The position numbers were made by a program, and so were the translations under genes. Shown in pieces: positions 1-7,629 of a stretch of DNA of 64,000 nt. Under the pieces are notes generated by a model. The model was not told the origin of the DNA and ran no database searches. It saw only the letters and a program-made list of their open reading frames with translations. The first letter of the stretch is position 1; the number at the start of each line of letters is the position of its first letter. The DNA is from an uncultured Porphyromonadaceae bacterium (GTDB taxonomy: Bacteria; Bacteroidota; Bacteroidia; Bacteroidales; UBA12481): the NCBI GenBank assembly GCA_964547475.1, contig CAZJNQ010000003.1:22074-86073 (forward strand), given 5' to 3'.

Positions 1-167
1 TTTTATTTCTCTTTGCAATGTGATTTTCTTAACACTGATATGTGAATAGCTGTGTTGAACGTGTACCCGGCCAACAGGGGACATACAGGCAGGGTAACCC
101 GTGAAAATCGCAAATTCTGCATACGATCCTCACTGGATCATTTCATAGGTTAGGTTTTAGGTTAGTG

Positions 168-194
168 AAAATCCGGACTCCCAATCCGGATTTT
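168..194 (+). terminator. Stem-loop AAAATCCGGA(168-177)/TCCGGATTTT(185-194) with a 7-nt loop, running into a T-tract. Probable intrinsic terminator of a + strand gene lying upstream of the window.
   Basis: Perfect 10-bp inverted repeat read directly from the sequence and followed by a T-rich tract. The A-tract on the 5' side means it could act in either direction. Confidence 0.45.
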
Positions 195-197
195 TCC

Positions 198-205
198 TAT
201 TTTTG
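198..205 (+). promoter_or_regulatory. Candidate Bacteroidota -7 promoter box TATTTTTG (consensus TAnnTTTG) for pheT
   Basis: Exact match to TAnnTTTG 22 nt upstream of the ATG at 227. No convincing -33 TTTG element seen. Confidence 0.35.
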
Positions 206-226
206 AGCCTCCTAATGGTATTTCCG

Positions 227-2668
227 ATGAAGATCTCCTACAATTGGCTTCGAACCTATATCAATATCGACACCGATCCGGCTGAAACTGCCGGAATACT
301 GACCAATATTGGCCTTGAGGTGGAAGGGCATTATCCGTTTGAGACCATCAGGGGGGGATTGAAAGGGCTGGTGGCAGGTGAAGTTCTTACGTGTGTCCGT
401 CACCCCCAGGCTGATAAGCTTAGCCTGGCGACCGTAAACATCGGGGAATCCCATCCTCTGACCATTGTCTGCGGCGCACCCAATGTCGCTGCCGGGCAGA
501 AAGTGATTGTGGCACCGGCAGGTTCCACTCTATTCGGATTTGACGATCCCCTGATTATCCGGAAAACGAAGATCCGGGGAGAAGTTTCAGAAGGCATGAT
601 CTGTGCTGAAGATGAAATCGGGATTGGCAAAGACCATTCCGGAATCCTGGTGCTTGATCCTTCCATTCCTCCAGGGACTCCGGTTGCTGAACTTTTTGAA
701 CCTGAATCCGATCATATCTTCGAGATCGGACTTACCCCGAACCGGATCGACAGTGCCTCTCATTACGGGGTTGCCCGTGATCTGAAGGCTGCGCTGGACC
801 GGGATAAGAACCTGCTGCTGTCAAAGCCTTCCGCAGATCTTCCTGCCAGGACCGCCGACCTGAAGATTGTTGTTGAGGTTGTCCATCCGGAAGCCTGTCT
901 CCGGTATTCCGGCATCACACTGACAGGCATCACGGTTTCCGAGTCGCCCCAGTGGCTGAAAAACAGGCTGATGGCCGTCGGGATGTCACCCATCAACAAT
1001 GTGGTCGACATGACCAACTTTGTCCTTCATGAAACCGGCCAGCCGCTTCACGCCTTTGATGTCGATCAGATTGCCGGCAGGAGGATCAAGGTTCAAACGT
1101 TACCCGAAGGAACCCTTTTCACTACGCTGGACGGAACCGAAAGGAGGCTGGGCAACCAGGACCTGATGATCTGCAATGAAAGCGAAGGAATGTGCATAGC
1201 CGGGATTTTCGGCGGACTCCATTCAGGGATCACCGGGCGGACCACCCGCTTATTCCTGGAATCGGCCTGCTTCAATCCTGTCTGGATCCGCAAAACAAGC
1301 AAAAGGCACCAGATCAACACGGATTCCTCCTTCAGGTTCGAAAGGGGCACGGATCCGAATGGTACCATTTATGCCCTCAAACGCGCCGCAGCCATGATCT
1401 GTGATCTGGCCGGCGGACAAATCGCATCTGATATCACGGATGTTTACCCGAAACCTGTAGCGCCCTATCCGGTGGAACTGAAATGGGCGAATCTTGACCG
1501 CCTGATCGGGATTACCATTGACCGTGATGAAGTGAGGCAGATCCTCAAATCACTCGAAATCGAGATCATCAGGGAAACGGAATCATCCGTTTTTGTAACG
1601 GTTCCCACTTACCGGGTCGACGTCAGACGCGAAGCCGACGTGATTGAAGAGATACTCAGGATCTATGGTTACAATAATGTCGGAACCGGCGACCAGGTAA
1701 ACTCGACTTTAACCTGGTCACCGTATCCCGATCCGGACAAGTTGGAGAACCTAGTTTCAGAGCAATTAACAGCCCAGGGGTTTAACGAGATCATGGTCAA
1801 TTCATTAACTCAATCGGCTTATTATGAGACCATACCCGGCTATGATCAGTCATCAGAAATCAGATTGCTGAACCCCCTCAGTTCGGATCTTGCCGTGCTC
1901 CGCAGGACACTCCTCTTCGGAGGTTTGGAATCTATCACATTGAACTCAAAATTCAGGAATCACGATCTCTGCTTGTATGAGTTTGGAAATACCTACGTCC
2001 TGAAACCGGAAGGAAACCGCTTGCTGGCCGATTCCTACCAGGAAACCCGGAATCTTGCATTATGGATAACGGGTAAGAATAATCCGGAGCATTGGTCACT
2101 CAAACCACAAGATACGTCCTTCTTTCGGCTCAAAGGGTATGCTGAAGCCATACTTGCGCGCCTGGGTGCGAACCAGCCTGACCTTATTTCCGAAGAACGT
2201 TTTGACCAGCGGTTTATCAGCGGACTGACTTACCGCAACGGATCAACGGACCTGATGGTTTTAGGCCAGGTAAATCCCGGCATTCTGGTTCGTTTTGACC
2301 TCGAAGAGCCGGTCTGGTTTGGCGAAATCAATTGGGATTATTTGCTGAACCTGGTAAATCCCCATGTAAAATGCCAGGAACTGCCGAAATACCCGTGGGT
2401 GCGTCGGGACCTGGCTTTAGTGGTTGACCGCTCTGTAACTTATGAACAGATACGCAGCCTGGCTTTTCTGGTGGAAAGGAAACTGATCAGGGAAATCAAT
2501 CTGTTTGATGTTTACCAAAATGAGAAACTGGGATCCGGTAAAAAATCACTGGCTGTCAGCTTTATTCTTCAGGATGAAAATAAAACCCTGACTGACAGGC
2601 AGATCGATCAGGTCATGGAAAAACTGATCAGCGCATTTGAGAAAAAACTGGGAGCAGTGCTGAGGTAA
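227..2668 (+). CDS. pheT: Phenylalanine--tRNA ligase beta subunit
   Basis: MKISYNWLRTYI... N-terminus and length (~813 aa) are typical of PheT. The ORF track begins at a TTG at 203; the ATG at 227 gives the canonical MKISYNWL start. Confidence 0.93.
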   Translation: MKISYNWLRTYINIDTDPAETAGILTNIGLEVEGHYPFETIRGGLKGLVAGEVLTCVRHPQADKLSLATVNIGESHPLTIVCGAPNVAAGQKVIVAPAGSTLFGFDDPLIIRKTKIRGEVSEGMICAEDEIGIGKDHSGILVLDPSIPPGTPVAELFEPESDHIFEIGLTPNRIDSASHYGVARDLKAALDRDKNLLLSKPSADLPARTADLKIVVEVVHPEACLRYSGITLTGITVSESPQWLKNRLMAVGMSPINNVVDMTNFVLHETGQPLHAFDVDQIAGRRIKVQTLPEGTLFTTLDGTERRLGNQDLMICNESEGMCIAGIFGGLHSGITGRTTRLFLESACFNPVWIRKTSKRHQINTDSSFRFERGTDPNGTIYALKRAAAMICDLAGGQIASDITDVYPKPVAPYPVELKWANLDRLIGITIDRDEVRQILKSLEIEIIRETESSVFVTVPTYRVDVRREADVIEEILRIYGYNNVGTGDQVNSTLTWSPYPDPDKLENLVSEQLTAQGFNEIMVNSLTQSAYYETIPGYDQSSEIRLLNPLSSDLAVLRRTLLFGGLESITLNSKFRNHDLCLYEFGNTYVLKPEGNRLLADSYQETRNLALWITGKNNPEHWSLKPQDTSFFRLKGYAEAILARLGANQPDLISEERFDQRFISGLTYRNGSTDLMVLGQVNPGILVRFDLEEPVWFGEINWDYLLNLVNPHVKCQELPKYPWVRRDLALVVDRSVTYEQIRSLAFLVERKLIREINLFDVYQNEKLGSGKKSLAVSFILQDENKTLTDRQIDQVMEKLISAFEKKLGAVLR

Positions 2669-3452
2669 ATCCGCTCTCTTCATTTCCGGATACAACCGGA
2701 TACATCCTTTTCAGCTTGTCTGCAGCATTCTTTACCACGAAGGGACGACCGACAAAAGCCAACAGGTCCGTATCGTTATAATCATTTCCGATGCCTAGTA
2801 CTTCCGAAGGCTTGATTCCCAGTCGTTTGCACAGGAATTTCGCTCCATTGGCCTTGGATACGGATGGATGATACAGCTCCATCCAGATGGACTGATGATC
2901 GAGTGGAGAAGTGGCCCGGATAACTTTGACGTCGGGGAAATGCGAACTAAGCTCTTCGAACCGTGCAGGGTCATTCGGCAGGATGATGAGGAATTGGCAG
3001 GAGTCACCGAAATTGGGTGGGGTAAAAGAAATGGGTTTCTCGAAACCCCTGTAAAACTCCATCCTGCGGATGAAATCGGGATGGAGCTCGCCATTTTCAT
3101 AATAAACATAGCGATGGTTCTCAGGTACCGGTCCCAGCACCTTGAATGAAATTCCCAATTCGAGTAGCCTTGAGGCAATATTATGCACCTGATCACCAGG
3201 CAGATTGCTGGACGTCAGGATTTCCCTCGTGCTATAATCCATAACACCGGCACCCGAACTGAATACCAGGTAATCAATCGGAAAATCCACCGGGATCACA
3301 CAATTGAACGAATAAGGTGATCGGCCGGTGGCAATCACACGAACGGTCCCCTTGCTGCCCAGCCATTCCAGCGAGCGGTAATCCGCTTCGCTGACCTTCT
3401 GATTCCCGTTCAGGAGGGTTCCATCGAGGTCGGTAACCACCATTTTTATCAT
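2628..3452 (-). CDS. HAD-IIB (Cof-type) phosphatase
   Basis: Motif I VVTDLDGTLL, ATGRS, and motif IV GIGNDYNDTDLL. The 3' end overlaps the pheT 3' end by 41 nt. Confidence 0.8.
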   Translation of the reverse strand: MIKMVVTDLDGTLLNGNQKVSEADYRSLEWLGSKGTVRVIATGRSPYSFNCVIPVDFPIDYLVFSSGAGVMDYSTREILTSSNLPGDQVHNIASRLLELGISFKVLGPVPENHRYVYYENGELHPDFIRRMEFYRGFEKPISFTPPNFGDSCQFLIILPNDPARFEELSSHFPDVKVIRATSPLDHQSIWMELYHPSVSKANGAKFLCKRLGIKPSEVLGIGNDYNDTDLLAFVGRPFVVKNAADKLKRMYPVVSGNEESGFTSALLPVFSQMR

Positions 3453-3508
3453 GGCGGCAAATGTACAAATTGCGGGACGATTACCTACATTAGCTGAAAC
3501 AACCGGAT

Positions 3509-4369
3509 ATGAAGGGGATCAAGAACTATCTTTCACTTGTCGTTTTTGCCCATACGGTTTTTGCCATGCCCTTTGCCCTGGTTGGATTCTTTCTGGCCAC
3601 GGAGTATTCTGGGTATCCTTTCCGCTGGAAGGACCTCTTACTGGTTGTGCTGTGCATGGTTCTTGCCCGGAATGCCGCCATGGGGTTCAACCGTTGGGCC
3701 GACCGATTCATTGACAGTAAGAATCCCAGAACGGCCGGGAGAGAAGTTCCCCGTGGGATAATTTCAGGCAAGTCAGCTCTGGCTTTCAGCCTGATCAATG
3801 CCGGAGCTTTCATGGCTGCCGCCGGCTTCCTCAATCCGCTTTGCCTGTGGCTCTCACCGGTTGCCCTTGCTATCATCCTGGGATACAGCTACACAAAGCG
3901 TTTTACCTGGCTGTGCCACCTGATCCTCGGGATCGGTCTTTCGCTTGCACCCATCGGGGCCTATATCGGCGTGACAGGCAAGTTCCATTGGCTACCCCTG
4001 ATGTTTTCCGGAGTGGTAATCACCTGGGTTGGCGGTTTTGATATCATCTACGCGCTTCAGGACGAGGAATTTGACAAAGCCAACAAGCTGAATTCCATTC
4101 CTTCACGCATCGGGATCAGGAATGCCCTGGTCATATCCGCACTCCTTCACTCCATCACACCGGTACTGCTTACGGTCCTCGGAATCCTGGCCCGGTTTGG
4201 TATCCTGTACTGGGTTGGAGCAGTCATTTTTACCGGCTTGCTGGTTTACCAGCATCGGGTCGTTAAACCCGACAACCTGAGCCGTGTCAACCGTGCATTT
4301 GGCACCACCAACGGAATCGCCAGCCTGATCTTTGCTGCGTTCGTTATCGCTGAACTGTTTTCCCGGTGA
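3509..4369 (+). CDS. UbiA-family aromatic prenyltransferase (4-hydroxybenzoate polyprenyltransferase-like)
   Basis: Polytopic membrane protein with NrwaDrfiD (NxxxDxxxD) and a second Asp-rich motif YALQDEEFD. Confidence 0.8.
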   Translation: MKGIKNYLSLVVFAHTVFAMPFALVGFFLATEYSGYPFRWKDLLLVVLCMVLARNAAMGFNRWADRFIDSKNPRTAGREVPRGIISGKSALAFSLINAGAFMAAAGFLNPLCLWLSPVALAIILGYSYTKRFTWLCHLILGIGLSLAPIGAYIGVTGKFHWLPLMFSGVVITWVGGFDIIYALQDEEFDKANKLNSIPSRIGIRNALVISALLHSITPVLLTVLGILARFGILYWVGAVIFTGLLVYQHRVVKPDNLSRVNRAFGTTNGIASLIFAAFVIAELFSR

Positions 4370-5962
4370 TCAGAGCAGGAACTTGAAACCGACGGCCAGC
4401 GTTTCCATGAACTGAACCCTTTTGCCTTCACCCACCAGCACTTTCTTCCCATCCTGTATCTCATAGAGTGGGATCAGCATGTCATCGTCGTAAATCAGGT
4501 TGGTCTTGATGGTGGTGGTAATAAACTTGTTCACCTTAAGGTCCAGGCTCAACCGCCAGTCGATGTCAACCTTTTCCGGATGATACAGGTAATTGGTAAA
4601 CAGGATCACCTGGTTCGACAGGTTGATGTTCTTGAAGAGAACCGTCTTGTGGTCAATATAGACCTGTGCTCCCAGTTCAGAACGGACTTTTTGCCCTTCC
4701 TTCAGTCCATACTTGGTCTGGTCGATCAGTACAGTATCGAGAATTGCAGTGAATTTTCCGGTTACCGGAGAGACCTTGATCATCATTTTGGGATTGGGCC
4801 GGTAAACCATACCCACATCGATCTGCATGGTTCCGGGGGCCATGAATGTTGACACCGGTACTGAGTCATTCGGATAGGAATAACCCTTAAACCCTTGTGT
4901 CAGCAAGCTGGCACCGATGGAATAATCAAAATTCTTGAAAGCCTTGTGCGACAGGCTGGAACGAATTTCGATCTTATCCTGGCTCTTGCGCAAGTTAAGA
5001 AGTTCGATTTTTTGAACCCCGTAGACCAGCCAGAATGAATTATCCCAACGGATGCTTCCAACTGCATAATTGGCCCTGCCTTTAACATCTGTCGTGAGGG
5101 CAATGCTGCTGTTACCCCCCTTGGCCCAGTTGGCAAAAGCGGCCTGGTTGACCATCAGGTTGAATTCGGCTCCCAGGTTCCAGGGTTTTGCAGCCTGGAC
5201 GGGGACCTTACGCCCGGTTATCCTGTATTTATTGGGACCCTGCCAGCGAATCGGGATGTTCCAGGGAGTTTCATCCTTCTTCAGTAATTGCTGAAGCATC
5301 AGGTCATCCCCGACCCACATGTAAATCGTATGCTTGTCGAGGCTTCTCATGAAAACCCGTGCAGAATCCTTATTGCTGTTCATTACATAAAAAGCCGTGG
5401 AATCGATCCGGCCGCGTTTAAGGGTGAAGGGAACCGTATCCTGCTGCGCATTGACTATCCGAAAGTGAATCGAATCGTGTGCCAGATGGCTGACCAGCCG
5501 GTCCATACTGTTCTTCAGGACTTTGGGCTTAGGCGAAAAGGCTGTGTCGTCATAGACCAGCCCGACAATATCACTGACGGCAGCCCTGACAGAATCTTCC
5601 TCTATCCCCGGAATAACCAGCTTCAGGTTTTGCCGGTTCAGGCGGTTCATCTCCCGGTTGCGGAAGTACTGGCTCATCCGGATGGCGGAATCCATCTTCC
5701 GGTCATTCTCATACCGGTGGATCACATCGTTCAACGAATCTCTTTGATCTTCAATATCCTGAAGCAGGTGTGCCAGGGCGATGGAGTCACGCCGGGCCAT
5801 GCTGAGCAAGCTATCCTTGACCCTGACCATATGAATGATCGAATCTCTCGACAGCTTGACCGTGTCCTTGTCCCTGGCCTGTCCCTGGGTCACCTGTGCA
5901 ATCAGACGCAGAGGCATGGCTACCCAGCAGGCCATTAAGAGGAATGTGGTTATTCTTCTCAT
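4370..5962 (-). CDS. Secreted or outer-membrane protein, DUF3078-like C-terminal beta-rich domain
   Basis: Signal peptide MRRITTFLLMACWVAMPLRLIAQ from the ATG at 5962 (the track start at 5992 is a TTG). FANWAKGGNSS motif and alternating beta-strand pattern resemble DUF3078. Recognition from memory only. Confidence 0.55.
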   Translation of the reverse strand: MRRITTFLLMACWVAMPLRLIAQVTQGQARDKDTVKLSRDSIIHMVRVKDSLLSMARRDSIALAHLLQDIEDQRDSLNDVIHRYENDRKMDSAIRMSQYFRNREMNRLNRQNLKLVIPGIEEDSVRAAVSDIVGLVYDDTAFSPKPKVLKNSMDRLVSHLAHDSIHFRIVNAQQDTVPFTLKRGRIDSTAFYVMNSNKDSARVFMRSLDKHTIYMWVGDDLMLQQLLKKDETPWNIPIRWQGPNKYRITGRKVPVQAAKPWNLGAEFNLMVNQAAFANWAKGGNSSIALTTDVKGRANYAVGSIRWDNSFWLVYGVQKIELLNLRKSQDKIEIRSSLSHKAFKNFDYSIGASLLTQGFKGYSYPNDSVPVSTFMAPGTMQIDVGMVYRPNPKMMIKVSPVTGKFTAILDTVLIDQTKYGLKEGQKVRSELGAQVYIDHKTVLFKNINLSNQVILFTNYLYHPEKVDIDWRLSLDLKVNKFITTTIKTNLIYDDDMLIPLYEIQDGKKVLVGEGKRVQFMETLAVGFKFLL

Positions 5963-6120
5963 TTGATTCGAAATTTTCGAGTAATCACGCAAAAATATAA
6001 ATTTGCGTTTTATGAACGTCCGGGTTCACCTGTCTTTTGCCCTGAAAGAGGTTTATCGCAATCTCAAGGAGAGGGACCGCTTCTAAACGGTTCGTTGCGA
6101 TAGATTGGGGGGATAACAAA

Positions 6121-6145
6121 GGAGGAAGGAGGAAGGAGGAAGGAG
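6121..6145. repeat. Tandem heptamer (GGAGGAA) x3.5
   Basis: ggaggaaggaggaaggaggaaggag read directly, in the divergent intergenic region between the DUF3078-like gene and the tnaA-like gene. Confidence 0.9.
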
Positions 6146-6180
6146 AAAGAAAATCCATAGCCTTGTCAACCTCCTGAATT

Positions 6181-6252
6181 TTCTCAACTTTTTCAACCGT
6201 TTCAACCATTTCAACCGTTTCAACCATTTCAACCGTTTCAACCGTTTCAACC
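6181..6252. repeat. Tandem 9-mer (R-TTTCAACC): 7 good copies plus 1 degenerate copy, ending exactly at the tnaA-like ATG
   Basis: Units at 6190, 6199, 6208, 6217, 6226, 6235 and 6244, alternating G/A at the first position. The ATG at 6253 follows the last unit directly. Confidence 0.9.
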
Positions 6253-7629
6253 ATGTTACCACCTTGCGAACCTTATAAAATCAAAATGATTGAGTCCCTC
6301 TACCGGAGTACCCGTGAAGAACGGGAACGGTGGATCAGGGAGGCCTCTTTTAATGTATTCAATCTCAAAAGCGATCAGGTTTTCATTGATTTACTGACCG
6401 ATTCCGGAACCGGTGCCATGAGCGACCGCCAATGGAGTGCCCTGATGACCGGGGACGAATCCTATGCCGGCTCCAGGTCCTTCACACAATTAAAGGATAC
6501 CATCGGGGAATTGCTGGGTTTTGAGTATGTCTTGCCGACCCACCAGGGGCGGGCTGCGGAAAATGTACTGTTTTCCGTGCTGGTCAGGGAAGGCATGCAG
6601 GTTCCGGGTAATGCCCATTTTGACACCACGAAAGGGCATATTGAATTCCGTAAGGGCATAGCGGTGGATTGCACGATAGAGGAAGCCAATAATACCGCGG
6701 TCAATCATCCCTTTAAAGGCAATGTGGATATCGGACGGCTCGAAGCAGCCCTGAAATCCGGAGGAGAAAAAGTAGCTTTTATCCTGATCACAGCAACCTG
6801 CAACACAGCCGGCGGGCAGCCGGTTTCCATCAGGAATATCCGTGAAGTGAGGAAGCTGGCCGATCGTTACGGGAAAATGCTGATCATGGATGCCGCCCGT
6901 TTTGCCGAGAACGCCTTTTTCATCAAAACACGGGAGGAGGAATTCCGGGATCATACGATCCGGCAAATTGTCAGGGAGATGTTCAGCTATTTCGATGCGG
7001 TCACCATGTCATCAAAAAAAGATGGCATTGTCAATATCGGTGGTTTCATTGCCATGAAGGACCAGGAGCTATACAGGCATGCATCGACCTTTACTATCAT
7101 GTTCGAAGGATTCCTGACCTACGGCGGACAAGCCGGCCGGGATATGGCCGCATTGGCCCAGGGACTCAGGGAGTCCACGGAATTCGATTACCTGGAATCG
7201 CGCGTTTGGCAGATCAATTGTCTGGGCAATCTGTTAAAAACGGAGGGAATTCCGGTTCAGGAGCCTTTCGGTGGCCATGCCGTCTACCTGGATGCCCTGC
7301 GTTTCTTAACGAGGGTGCCTCGTGAAGAGTTTCCTGCCCAGACACTTGTCGTCGAACTGTACAGGGAGGGGGGAATACGGTCCGCCGAGATCGGGGCTCT
7401 GATGGCTGACCGTGATCCGGTCACCCGCGAGAACCGCTTTCCGGCCCTGGAAATGGTCAGGCTTGCCATTCCCCGACGAACCTATACGTCGGATCATATG
7501 CATTATGTGGCCGCTGCTGTCGCCCAGGTTTTCCGGCGTGCCGGAGAAATCAGGTCCGGTTACCGTATCGTACGGGAAGCTCCCATCATGCGGCATTTCA
7601 CCGTAGAGCTCATGCCGGTAAACCGCTAA
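6253..7629 (+). CDS. tnaA: Tryptophanase / tyrosine phenol-lyase family beta-eliminating lyase (PLP-dependent)
   Basis: N-terminal EPYKIKMIE...TREERE...FNLKSDQVFIDLLTDSGTGAMSD and PLP-lysine region MSSKKDGIVNIGGF are typical of the TnaA/TPL family. Substrate (Trp vs Tyr) cannot be decided by eye. Confidence 0.8.
   Translation: MLPPCEPYKIKMIESLYRSTREERERWIREASFNVFNLKSDQVFIDLLTDSGTGAMSDRQWSALMTGDESYAGSRSFTQLKDTIGELLGFEYVLPTHQGRAAENVLFSVLVREGMQVPGNAHFDTTKGHIEFRKGIAVDCTIEEANNTAVNHPFKGNVDIGRLEAALKSGGEKVAFILITATCNTAGGQPVSIRNIREVRKLADRYGKMLIMDAARFAENAFFIKTREEEFRDHTIRQIVREMFSYFDAVTMSSKKDGIVNIGGFIAMKDQELYRHASTFTIMFEGFLTYGGQAGRDMAALAQGLRESTEFDYLESRVWQINCLGNLLKTEGIPVQEPFGGHAVYLDALRFLTRVPREEFPAQTLVVELYREGGIRSAEIGALMADRDPVTRENRFPALEMVRLAIPRRTYTSDHMHYVAAAVAQVFRRAGEIRSGYRIVREAPIMRHFTVELMPVNR

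Noticed and set aside
1-167. Possible RNA gene or leader upstream of pheT
   Set aside because: No tRNA-like cloverleaf, T-box or other recognisable structure was found by eye. The only clear element is the hairpin at 168-194.
5985-6254. 89-aa minus-strand ORF (MVETVETVEMVETVEMVETVEKVEK...)
   Set aside because: Its repetitive peptide is simply the translation of the 9-bp and 7-bp tandem DNA repeats in the divergent promoter region. It has no independent coding signal and overlaps the tnaA-like start.
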